Source: a virus (lineage: Duplodnaviria; Caudoviricetes). From it: DNA of 54,596 bases. A model generated the notes under the pieces. That model was not told the origin of the DNA. It did no database searches and saw nothing but the letters and a program-made list of their open reading frames with translations. The position numbers and the translations under genes were made by a program. Every line of letters starts with the position of its first letter. The first letter of the stretch is position 1. This document shows positions 36,151 to 45,538 of the stretch, piece after piece. Where the stretch lies: IMG/VR virus record IMGVR_UViG_3300017719_000011, positions 1-54,596 of that record. The stretch is one strand, 5' to 3'.

Positions 36151-38021
36151 TGAGTACAATTAAATTAAGAAGATCTGAGAATACAGGACAACCGCCCAAT
36201 GGTGCACTAAAAAAGGGTGAAGTTGCATATTCTTATTATAATCAAGCAGGCGGTAGTAAATTATATATAGGTTCAGGCGATTTACAAACTGATCCTGCAG
36301 TTGCAATCGGCGGTCAATTTTATACAGCAATGCTTGATCACACTCCTGGCGCATTAACCGGCAGTAGTGCAATTATAACTGATGCTAATAGCAAATTAAA
36401 TCAAATCATTCTTGGTGGCGCTTCAGCGAGTGATCCTGCTGTTGATCTTGTATTAACGAATCGAACCCTTGCAGTTCCTGCAAATATTCCTGGCGTAAAC
36501 GATAATCCAGATACCCCAGGATTTACTATTAGCGGCGGCGACATTTCATTAACAAATCAAAGAATTACAGGTCTTGCTGCTCCGACAAATAATAGTGATG
36601 CTGTAACTAAAGCATATGTTGATACTGCTGCATCAGGTTTAAATGTTAGAGATGCTGTTGACGGATTAGTGGGAAACATTGCAAGTGGCGAAAATTTAAC
36701 AGTTTTAGGTTCTGATGGCGTAACAACAACATTTGCTGACGGCAATAATACGCTTACAATCGGATTATCTCAAAGTATTGAAACTGATTCAGAAATCGAA
36801 TTCAAGTCAGTAACTATTGGCGAAAATGAAAACAAAATCAAGATATCAGATGATACGATAGAGCAAGTCACACCTCAAATTTATGTGCAAACGGGTGCGC
36901 CTGATTATGCAACGGGTGTATTCACTATCACAGATAATGGGTTTGCTAATCTTGATGCAGTTACATATGTTGCATCTGATCCTTCAACAAAATTAGCAGA
37001 ACTGACTGACGGCGAAACATATTATATCGTAAGTGTTGATGTTGCAACACACACATTTAAACTTGCAACAAACAGTGACGGTTCTGGTGCTATTGTATCA
37101 TATACAGGGTCAAGTGGTAACGGTGACGATATACTAAAAACCGCTTCAAACCCAGTTGCTTTATTAGCAACTTCTGATTCAGTTACGATTGGTTCGGCTA
37201 CAAATAGTACAGTTGCGATACAAAACAATTTAACTGTCGGCGGAAGCACGATTATTGCTGGCAACCTAACCGTAAACGGAACAAGCACAACAGTTAATTC
37301 GACAATAGTTCAAGTAGATGATCCTGTCATGGAGTTGGGCGAAGGCACTAATGATTCATTTGATCGTGGTATCAAATTCCATTATTATGATAATACTGCT
37401 GAAGCCGCAACATTAGGTTTCATGGGTTTTGATAAATCTGAATCTAAATTCACCTTACTTTCAGCGGCAACAGAAGATTCAACAGGAAGTCAAACATTTA
37501 CTGGAACAAAAGGTCTTCTTGTAGCGGATATCGAAGGTGATGCTACAGGAAATGCAGGAACAGCAAGTGCATTTGATGGCAACAGAACAATTACAATTGA
37601 AGGTGATGTTGTTAGTGTTGTGAACACCGCCAGTGAAGGTGAAAGCCCAGTATATGCAGAAAGTGGCGTAACCTGGGACGGATCAGGCGCTTTAACAATT
37701 CGCACAGAACTTAAAGATACAGTAAGCGCTTTATTAGGTGATTACACTCTTAGGGTTCAAGCAGATCCTCTCACACCAATAACAGTAGCAAATGTTCAAA
37801 CTGATAGTGACGGCGATAGCCTTCCTGATACTGAAGCAGCAATCTTTCAGGTAGGCGTAGGAGTAGCAGGTACAAGAGCAACCAATTACGCTGATACACC
37901 TGTTACTGCGCAAGACCCATCAAACTTAGGTGTTGCTTCGTTTAGCTCAACAGCGTTTACTGTCACTAATGGGTGGGTAGATTTAAACATCGTAGATGGC
38001 GGAAGTTACGGCACCCCATAA
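36150..38021 (+). CDS. Tail fibre protein
   Basis: 623 aa. N-terminal MSTIKLRRS...LKKGEVAY...KLYIG anchor. RITGLAAPT..SDAVTKAYVD (YadA-stalk-like), GNLTVNGTSTTVNST, DRGIKFHY, C-terminal VDGGSY. Confidence 0.75.
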   Translation: MSTIKLRRSENTGQPPNGALKKGEVAYSYYNQAGGSKLYIGSGDLQTDPAVAIGGQFYTAMLDHTPGALTGSSAIITDANSKLNQIILGGASASDPAVDLVLTNRTLAVPANIPGVNDNPDTPGFTISGGDISLTNQRITGLAAPTNNSDAVTKAYVDTAASGLNVRDAVDGLVGNIASGENLTVLGSDGVTTTFADGNNTLTIGLSQSIETDSEIEFKSVTIGENENKIKISDDTIEQVTPQIYVQTGAPDYATGVFTITDNGFANLDAVTYVASDPSTKLAELTDGETYYIVSVDVATHTFKLATNSDGSGAIVSYTGSSGNGDDILKTASNPVALLATSDSVTIGSATNSTVAIQNNLTVGGSTIIAGNLTVNGTSTTVNSTIVQVDDPVMELGEGTNDSFDRGIKFHYYDNTAEAATLGFMGFDKSESKFTLLSAATEDSTGSQTFTGTKGLLVADIEGDATGNAGTASAFDGNRTITIEGDVVSVVNTASEGESPVYAESGVTWDGSGALTIRTELKDTVSALLGDYTLRVQADPLTPITVANVQTDSDGDSLPDTEAAIFQVGVGVAGTRATNYADTPVTAQDPSNLGVASFSSTAFTVTNGWVDLNIVDGGSYGTP

Positions 38022-38024
38022 ATA
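38018..38024 (+). promoter_or_regulatory. Probable late promoter (cATAAATA variant)
   Basis: ATAAATA overlaps the stop of the 623-aa gene, 29 nt before ATG 38054. Same arrangement as at 3110. Confidence 0.5.
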
Positions 38025-38053
38025 TAATTGTATTATATACAAGGCGATCATAG

Positions 38054-41000
38054 ATGTCAACTATTAAGTTAAAAAGAAGTTCTATTCAAGGAAAACGGCC
38101 TATAGTTAGTAATGATATTACTAATGAATTAGATCTGGGCGAAATCGCAATTAATACGCATGACGGCAAAATGTTCATGCGTAGAGATGAAGGCGGAAAT
38201 GTTTCTTTGCATGAAGTGGGAAATCCTGGTGAAACACGAAATGTGTTATATGTTTCTTTGTCAGGCAAACTAGGAAATAGTGGTAAATCATTGGCTGATG
38301 CTGTTGATACGATTGATAAAGCGCTTGAATTAGCAACCCCAGTAACAGTTTCTATAGTTTTCGCAAACATTGACGTCTCAACTTCATCGTTTTTAAGCGT
38401 TGGTCATCCTTTCGTCACAGGTGATGCATTAACATATTCTAGAGGTGTTGGTGGATCTTGGGCATCATTAGTTGATGAGCAAACATATTATGTAAGAAAA
38501 TTATTCGATCATCCGACATCTGATCACATGTTTCAATTATATGAAACAGAAGCAGCGGCATTCGAAGGTAATCCAGCAAACGCCAAATCGCTTGACCCTG
38601 CAACCCCATCAGGGACTAATCACACATTAACAAGAAAAACAGAACAAACAACTATTTTTGTTAAAAGCGGAACATATGAGTTGGATAATACACCTCGTTC
38701 TGGCGCACCAATGGGCGGTTTACTTGTTCCTAAGAATGTATCTATTGTGGGAGATAACTTAAGAACAACGAAAGTAAAGGGTAAAATAGCGGGCAATGAT
38801 TTATTCTATGTTCAGAATGCATCATACCTTACAAATATGACTTTCATCGGCATGCAAGCAAGCTTGGGTGTTAATCCTCGGCCCCCTGCTGCCGCATCGT
38901 TTCCCCCTATTGCACTACAGGAAGGTCAAGTTCCTCAAGTAATATCAACAAGTCCTTATGTTGAAAACTGTACAGCGTTTAATACAACAGCAACAGGTAT
39001 GTTAATTGACGGAAGTTTGACCCGTGGATTAAGGTCGATGGTATCAGATTCGTTTACGCAAATTAATGCAGGCGGAACAGGCGTTCACATTCTTAATCGT
39101 GGATATGCTCAACTTGTTTCTATTTTCACAGTTTCATGTGAACATGCTGTTTTATGCGAATCGGGCGGACAATGTTCGTTGACAAACTCAAATGCATCGT
39201 TCGGAACATTTGGGTTGAAAGCGACAGGAGCATCAGAAAACCTTTATTCTGGCATAACAACAGATAATGCCGAACCGTTTGGTGAGTATTTTGAAGTGTC
39301 ATCACCATCATCACCAAAATACGGTGATGCATTTTATGTTGAAGGCGTAAGTCGTAAATTAGTCACTAAATGTAGTCGTGATGTTGGTATTATTGTTAAT
39401 GCTGTTGCTAACGACTTAGTTTTAAATACAAACTATAATTCATCGTATGCGGGAATCGCCTATCAACGAGCAGATGCTTTGCCGTCAGGTCAAGTTTCAC
39501 CGACTGCCGCTGCTTTATCTGAAACAAAAAGATTAGTTGGCGAGTTATCGAATGTTCAAGCACATGGTGCTTCTAAAGCAACACTAGATGCAAATTTCGA
39601 TTCGATAATTAATATAATTAATAACGGCACAGTCAGCACAAGTGAACCTGGTGATAGTGTTGTTCCTGCATTAACACTTAATAACACTTTAGGTCGTGCC
39701 ACGAAATATGTTGACGGGGCAGGACTTTTAGTTGATAACAGAAGTGCATTAGCGACACATTTGCAATCAAATATCGCTGCAACCAATCCAGGATTAACAT
39801 ACGATCAAACCAAATGTGAAAGAGATGTCAAATACATAATAGATGCATTGTCCTACGACTTAATTTATGGCGGAAATTCTGCAACACGAACTGCTGCAAA
39901 AAGTTATTTCGTAGGTGCTGTGAGTGAATTGCCTACGCAAGCACAGAAAGATGCGACAGCAACCGCTTACACAGCATTAGCAAATTTTGTTGAAGATGTT
40001 GTCACAGGAAATGCACCCAATCCTGATTATGGATTAACGGCATCATTTGTGTTTAATTATACAGGCCATTCAGATGTTGCACTTGAAGCAAAAAACCTTG
40101 TATTAATTATTCAATCAGTAATAGAAGACGATGATCTTGGAGGATTGCCGACTGAAATATTACCTGATTTTTCTGCAGCGTCAGATACAACAAAGAAAGA
40201 CATTAGAACACAAATTATTTCTGCTGAAAGAGATCTTAGATTAGGGACAACAGATTTTGTTGTTGCAAATACTGATATAGGCACAAACGCTCATTATTCT
40301 ATAGAATCATTTAAATCGTCTATAAACTTCACAGAAAAAGATTATAACGGATACGATTTATTACAAATAACTGATATTCCTAATAATGTGTCGGTTGCGA
40401 ATAGTACGATTTCTGGTTTGCAACGCACTTTAACTGATGATGCAGGGAATGTCGATTCGTCATTGAATATAGGGCATGGATTGGTTCAAGGACAACCTGT
40501 GAGATATAATGTCAGTGTCGGCGGAACACCGATACCGGGATTGACAGCGGGACAAGTTTACTATGTTGTATATGTCGATGATGAAACAATTAAACTTGCA
40601 ACAAATCCTGAAGCAACAGCAATTGAAACATTGAGTAGCGCATCAGGAACAGGAACACATACGTTTACGCCGAAATTCTTTTATAATGCAACTAAGTGTC
40701 AACGAGATGTGGGATTAATAGTTGATGCTGTTGCAGACGATGTTCTTTTGAATACTAATTTTAATTCTATTTACACAGGTGTGTCATATCAAAGAGCAAG
40801 TGCGTACGCTACTGTAACAAATACTGATCAAAAGAATCCTACATTATCATCAATGCTTGATGTTAAGCGTCAGTTGACACAAATTGATGATGTGAATGAG
40901 GCATCTGTTAATGCTATCAAATCATCAATTGATAGAGTTGTGGGAATATTCCTAAATGGGACAGGCACAGGTGAAAGCGTTTTAGATAAACTTCTTTTCC

Positions 41001-42247
41001 CAAATAGTTTAAATCGTCCATCAAACTATGTCGATGCTGTTAATATATTAAGAGAGAAAAGATCATATATTGAAGAAAGTGTTATTAGTGATATAAATTC
41101 AGCGATACAAACGGATAGCAATAATCCTTCAGGTACATGGTATCAGTTTACGTATGATGAAAACAAATGTCGTAGAGATTTGGGTTATTTGATTGATGCA
41201 TTGTGCTATGACCTTATGTATAATAACAATGCAGGATTGATTAGAGCAGCAAATAGTTATCGTGTTGATGGCACACTTCAATTAGGAAACACAACAAATC
41301 AAACAATTGAAGCATATGATGTATTTTTAAGAAATGCTGTTCTTTTTCAACTTAACACGCTATCAAATGTAAATTCAATTATTAATTTTGATCACACAGA
41401 CATTGCAGATCAAGAAACTGTAACTTCAAATAGTCATGGGTTCAACACAGGTGATAGTGTCGTGTACACTGAAGTATCAGGCGGCACGATGCCCGGTTTA
41501 CAAAACGGTGACACATTGTTTGTAATTAGGGTTGATGATGATACCTTTAAACTAGCAAGTTCTTTAAAGAATGCGTTAGCATCACAGGAACTTCAATTAG
41601 TTCCTACTACTATGGGTGATTTCCGTGTAACTGGTGGCATTAATACAACAGTGTCTGAATCTATTACCGAGATTGTTGCATTTATTACTGCGGGATCACA
41701 TGCCCTTCCAGAATTAGCACCGTTAAAGACGACTAATGATTCTGGAGCAACACATTCTACTCTTGTTCCTGGATTTGTTGTTGCAAGTTCCTTGATAGCT
41801 GACAACAAAGCAGAAGTGCAAAATACTGCAGGTCAAGGTATAGACATATATAGAATTAATCCACTTGAAACAATAACAACAAATTATGTCACAAATGCAA
41901 ACATTGATTTTAAAAAGCGTAGTTTGATTGCTGCTAGTTCGATGACGTTTGAATACGTAGGGACAGGTACAGAAATTCAAGGATTAACTGACGGTGGTGC
42001 AGGCACAGATGATTTATACAATACACCACGAAATGATGACTTCCCAAAAACAGAAAATGAAGTCATACAAGATTCAACAACAAACTTAGGCGCTGTTTAT
42101 TTCACATCGACAGATCACAAAGGTGATTTCAGAATCGGAACTGAAATGAACATAAATAGAACTGCAGGTAGAATTGAAGGAGATGCGTTTAATAGATCGC
42201 TATTCTCTGTCATGACACCATACATATTAGCAATCGAAGGCAACTAA
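38054..42247 (+). CDS. Tail fibre/spike protein with beta-helix and four KCxRD (phycobiliprotein-like) helical domains
   Basis: 1397 aa. MSTIKLKRS...LGEIAINTHDGKMF anchor. Beta-helix segment LYVSLSG...TIFVKSGTY...VSIVGDNLRTT...SPYVENCT...SMVSDSFTQIN...GYAQLVSIFT. KCxRD at 39368, 39812, 40694 and 41165. C-terminal TFEYVGTG...FTSTDHKGDFRIG. Confidence 0.75.
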   Translation: MSTIKLKRSSIQGKRPIVSNDITNELDLGEIAINTHDGKMFMRRDEGGNVSLHEVGNPGETRNVLYVSLSGKLGNSGKSLADAVDTIDKALELATPVTVSIVFANIDVSTSSFLSVGHPFVTGDALTYSRGVGGSWASLVDEQTYYVRKLFDHPTSDHMFQLYETEAAAFEGNPANAKSLDPATPSGTNHTLTRKTEQTTIFVKSGTYELDNTPRSGAPMGGLLVPKNVSIVGDNLRTTKVKGKIAGNDLFYVQNASYLTNMTFIGMQASLGVNPRPPAAASFPPIALQEGQVPQVISTSPYVENCTAFNTTATGMLIDGSLTRGLRSMVSDSFTQINAGGTGVHILNRGYAQLVSIFTVSCEHAVLCESGGQCSLTNSNASFGTFGLKATGASENLYSGITTDNAEPFGEYFEVSSPSSPKYGDAFYVEGVSRKLVTKCSRDVGIIVNAVANDLVLNTNYNSSYAGIAYQRADALPSGQVSPTAAALSETKRLVGELSNVQAHGASKATLDANFDSIINIINNGTVSTSEPGDSVVPALTLNNTLGRATKYVDGAGLLVDNRSALATHLQSNIAATNPGLTYDQTKCERDVKYIIDALSYDLIYGGNSATRTAAKSYFVGAVSELPTQAQKDATATAYTALANFVEDVVTGNAPNPDYGLTASFVFNYTGHSDVALEAKNLVLIIQSVIEDDDLGGLPTEILPDFSAASDTTKKDIRTQIISAERDLRLGTTDFVVANTDIGTNAHYSIESFKSSINFTEKDYNGYDLLQITDIPNNVSVANSTISGLQRTLTDDAGNVDSSLNIGHGLVQGQPVRYNVSVGGTPIPGLTAGQVYYVVYVDDETIKLATNPEATAIETLSSASGTGTHTFTPKFFYNATKCQRDVGLIVDAVADDVLLNTNFNSIYTGVSYQRASAYATVTNTDQKNPTLSSMLDVKRQLTQIDDVNEASVNAIKSSIDRVVGIFLNGTGTGESVLDKLLFPNSLNRPSNYVDAVNILREKRSYIEESVISDINSAIQTDSNNPSGTWYQFTYDENKCRRDLGYLIDALCYDLMYNNNAGLIRAANSYRVDGTLQLGNTTNQTIEAYDVFLRNAVLFQLNTLSNVNSIINFDHTDIADQETVTSNSHGFNTGDSVVYTEVSGGTMPGLQNGDTLFVIRVDDDTFKLASSLKNALASQELQLVPTTMGDFRVTGGINTTVSESITEIVAFITAGSHALPELAPLKTTNDSGATHSTLVPGFVVASSLIADNKAEVQNTAGQGIDIYRINPLETITTNYVTNANIDFKKRSLIAASSMTFEYVGTGTEIQGLTDGGAGTDDLYNTPRNDDFPKTENEVIQDSTTNLGAVYFTSTDHKGDFRIGTEMNINRTAGRIEGDAFNRSLFSVMTPYILAIEGN
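39260..41700 (+). repeat. Internal protein-level duplication A-B / A'-B' of KCxRD domains
   Basis: KCSRDVGIIVNAVANDLVLNTNYNS..G.AYQRA vs KCQRDVGLIVDAVADDVLLNTNFNS..G.SYQRA. YDQTKCERDVKYIIDALSYDLIY vs YDENKCRRDLGYLIDALCYDLMY. Boundaries approximate. Confidence 0.85.
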
Positions 42248-42249
42248 AA

Positions 42250-42579
42250 ATGGCACAATTAAATACATTTAAATCGTTACAATACGAATTTAAAGCTCAA
42301 GAAGAACTTATTTATACCGCACCTGTTGGTTATACTGCTATCATACTAAATGCTCAGTGTGCAAATAAGCATACTACTGATGTTTCTGTCACACTCAAAC
42401 TTAGAAAAGGTGCAAATGATTCCGTGTTGGTTGATGATTTAACAATACCCGTCAATGATGCAGCAAACCTTGCAACAGGTAAATTAGTTTTACAGCAAGG
42501 TGACTCAATAGTCGGAATTGCAAGTGATACACAGAAACTCGATTTAACTCTCAGTTTTTTGGAAACTTTAGATGCGTAA
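42250..42579 (+). CDS. Small virion protein
   Basis: 109 aa. LNTFKS...IYTAPVGYTAII...GKLVLQQGDSI...LSFLE, a small beta protein commonly found after such fibre genes. Confidence 0.65.
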   Translation: MAQLNTFKSLQYEFKAQEELIYTAPVGYTAIILNAQCANKHTTDVSVTLKLRKGANDSVLVDDLTIPVNDAANLATGKLVLQQGDSIVGIASDTQKLDLTLSFLETLDA

Positions 42580-45538
42580 ATTTGCTGGCAATTATTTGTC
42601 TGGTCGTGTAAAAACGACTCCTCCCGCCGATGTAACTGACGATAGATACCTTTATCTCGGGTTAGATCAAGCGGAACCAAATCTCGGCAAACCCACAGGC
42701 GAATTAGAAGCTTTGGGTGACGAGTGTTTTGTGATGTCAAATACTGATGGGACACGACTTCTTGTTTCTCTTGGTGATGATTTAGATCTTGTTGATATTC
42801 TTGATGACCAACAGCAACCGTCAGGATTTAAACGAATCGATTTAAGCGGCACAGCAGAACAAACCTTTACGACAAACACAATTAGCGCTGTTAATTTGCA
42901 ACAAGTATTAGATACTGGAGCAAAGGCACAAACTGCAATGTTAATTGCAAACATAGATCGTGTCGACCACACTACCATTCTTGTTGCATCCCAAGGATTT
43001 GGTAACGGCACGCCTGTTGCAGGTAAGATATATAGAATAGTTTCTGCAGGTTCTGGCGTAAACTGGGAGTCATTAGATGATGCTGCTGATGTTGTAAAAA
43101 ATAATAAAAGTTATAGCACGGGAGCGCTAATAAAGTTAAAGAGTGGCGTTCAACCTCTAGGTACTAGCGGTTCAATGCGGCTGCAACCATCAATTGAAAC
43201 ATTTGGCGGTGCACAGATAGGGAAAGATTTAGTTTTAAGCGGTATTACGAGTCCTGCCCAGTTAACTGGTGACACCAATGGAATATATTTCCGAGATGGT
43301 TCTGGTACACAAAAAGTAAACAGGATTCGAGCTTATCATGCTCAAGCTTCAGGTCAAACTTACATGGAGTTGGGCCCAACAGGTGTAAGTACATCATTTA
43401 AAATATATGAAAATAGTGCTACTATGTCGGCGCCTAATTACACCACAATAGATTATACCACTAGTAAAATTTCATTGAGTGATGATACTGATTCAGATGC
43501 GAAATCAATTATACAAGGTGCTGCAACTATTGAGATAGATCCTTATCCTCATGCTAATATTGGTGGGAAAGTTGTAATCAATGGTGATCTCGATGTTCAA
43601 GGCACACAAACAACTATTAATTCGCAAACTTTAGATGTTGTTGATAATGTCATTACGGTCGCATCAAATGTAGATTCTAGCGCAAACACATCAGGTGCAG
43701 GATTGCAATTTGGTGGCACATGGACAACAGGCACAAATCCTACAATCACATGGTTCGATAATAGCACTGTTGCTCGTGTAAAAGTAAATAAAGATTTTGA
43801 AACTTCGGGTATTTACATAACAGGAAGGACTGCTGTAACAGAAGATCCTGCAACAACAATAGGATATCTGCGAAGCGATGGCACAATTGATACAAACAGT
43901 TATGTAGATCTTGATGATAATGAAAACACCACATATGGTTTAGATACTGATACAAAATCTACAAGTGATAATGACGGAAAGATTATATTAACAGGTTCAG
44001 ATAATACAGTAAATAATATCATAATTCAAGGTGACAATGGTATTACTGTATCAACACAAGCGTTTCGACCTGCGGGCACCGATCTGGGTCAATCATCTGA
44101 TTTAGATGCAATTATCACAATTGACGGTGCAAGCGTAACGCCAAGAACATACACAATGGCAACTGAAGATGTTGTTGATGAGACACGAGTTAATATTCGT
44201 CTCGACTCTAGTTCAGACACTGATGCTGATGACTCATTAGTCGGATTAGACGCATCGGGTAACATCTCTATTACAAGAGATGGAACTTCAGGCGTAATCA
44301 CATTCGGTGATGATTTGACGCCAACATATTCAGGTGCTGATGCAGTATTAACAATAAACAATACAACTCAAAATGATTTTGATGTTGCATATCAAACTGC
44401 TGATTCAGGACAATTTACAGACGGCATCGCACTAGATGTAAACAGTAACACGCCAGGCATCGTTGCTAGATTTTCTCGAGATAATACAAGCGCATATAGT
44501 GGCGGTGGAGTGGTTCAAATTGAAGCGCCTGCAACAAGTAATTCTACACAGCATCGAGCAGACCCTTGGTTGACTTTTAGAAATTCAACTGATTCGATTT
44601 TAGATCCTGCTGATACACCTTCTACTGGTGCAACCAATACAATGGATAACACCGATAGAACAATAATGGGTGAAATAACAAATAGGGTATGGCACAGTTC
44701 TACTGATTATCCAAATTACTCCGGCATTCTTGGTGGTGATACAGGACGCAAAAGCGGTATTCGTATTTGGGGTCACAGTCAAATTGACTTTGCTGTTGCG
44801 ACTACCAGAAACCACGCCGGCGGTGATAATAGCAATGGCGGCAGATCAGCAAACGACAATGCAGTAAGTATTGTACCCGAAGGATTAGTTATCTGGGATG
44901 GATACGCTGAAACAGGAAATCAGATCACAGCGGCCAGGCGAATTGGCGGGTCAACTGACGATATATACACTTTAACTTTAAAGTTTACTAATCCAGGGAG
45001 CCCGAACAATACTATCTTATTGCCGGATGTAGACGGCACTTTAGCGACTCTTGATGATGTTGCATCTGCGGGTATAAATGTCACGGACGAAGAATCATCA
45101 ACCTTTGAACACAATATATTGTTTACAAACGGAACAGGCAATGATAAAACAGCATTAGGTTCTAGTGAACTTAGGTTCAATCCTAACACAGGAACATTAA
45201 GTGCGACAGCAAAATCTTTTGTGATTGATCATCCCACAAAACAGAGCATGAAATTACAATATGCTTGTCTCGAAGGACCTGAAAACGGTGTATATGTGCG
45301 TGGAAGATTGCATGATGATGATACTATTGAACTTCCTGATTACTGGACGGAATTAGTTGATGAATCAACAATCACAGTTAATCTTACGCCTATGGGTTGC
45401 TCTCAACAATTATATGTTCAAGAAATTATTGACAATAAAGTTATTGTTGGTTCTGATTCGCAAATAAATTGTTTCTATACAGTATTCGCTGAACGTAAAG
45501 ATATCGAAAAACTGGTAGTAGAATATGAGGATAAATAA
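42572..45538 (+). CDS. Long tail fibre protein with C-terminal KSFxIDHP...LEGPE domain
   Basis: 988 aa. N-terminal YLSGRVK...YLGLDQAEPNLG, internal GDLDVQGTQTTINS, C-terminal AKSFVIDHPT...LQYACLEGPENGVYVRGR...IELPDYW..LVD..TITVNLTP...FAERKD. Confidence 0.75.
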   Translation: MRKFAGNYLSGRVKTTPPADVTDDRYLYLGLDQAEPNLGKPTGELEALGDECFVMSNTDGTRLLVSLGDDLDLVDILDDQQQPSGFKRIDLSGTAEQTFTTNTISAVNLQQVLDTGAKAQTAMLIANIDRVDHTTILVASQGFGNGTPVAGKIYRIVSAGSGVNWESLDDAADVVKNNKSYSTGALIKLKSGVQPLGTSGSMRLQPSIETFGGAQIGKDLVLSGITSPAQLTGDTNGIYFRDGSGTQKVNRIRAYHAQASGQTYMELGPTGVSTSFKIYENSATMSAPNYTTIDYTTSKISLSDDTDSDAKSIIQGAATIEIDPYPHANIGGKVVINGDLDVQGTQTTINSQTLDVVDNVITVASNVDSSANTSGAGLQFGGTWTTGTNPTITWFDNSTVARVKVNKDFETSGIYITGRTAVTEDPATTIGYLRSDGTIDTNSYVDLDDNENTTYGLDTDTKSTSDNDGKIILTGSDNTVNNIIIQGDNGITVSTQAFRPAGTDLGQSSDLDAIITIDGASVTPRTYTMATEDVVDETRVNIRLDSSSDTDADDSLVGLDASGNISITRDGTSGVITFGDDLTPTYSGADAVLTINNTTQNDFDVAYQTADSGQFTDGIALDVNSNTPGIVARFSRDNTSAYSGGGVVQIEAPATSNSTQHRADPWLTFRNSTDSILDPADTPSTGATNTMDNTDRTIMGEITNRVWHSSTDYPNYSGILGGDTGRKSGIRIWGHSQIDFAVATTRNHAGGDNSNGGRSANDNAVSIVPEGLVIWDGYAETGNQITAARRIGGSTDDIYTLTLKFTNPGSPNNTILLPDVDGTLATLDDVASAGINVTDEESSTFEHNILFTNGTGNDKTALGSSELRFNPNTGTLSATAKSFVIDHPTKQSMKLQYACLEGPENGVYVRGRLHDDDTIELPDYWTELVDESTITVNLTPMGCSQQLYVQEIIDNKVIVGSDSQINCFYTVFAERKDIEKLVVEYEDK

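Noticed and set aside
38023-38042. Short AT-rich inverted repeats (TATAAT-tgt-ATTATA; TTGTA-ttata-TACAA) as a terminator
   Set aside because: The stems are nearly all A/T, weak, and have no U-tract, so they cannot be supported.
45531-45537. ATAAATA just before ATG 45538
   Set aside because: It is formed by the Asp-Lys-stop codons and leaves no room for a leader. TAATG translational coupling explains the junction.
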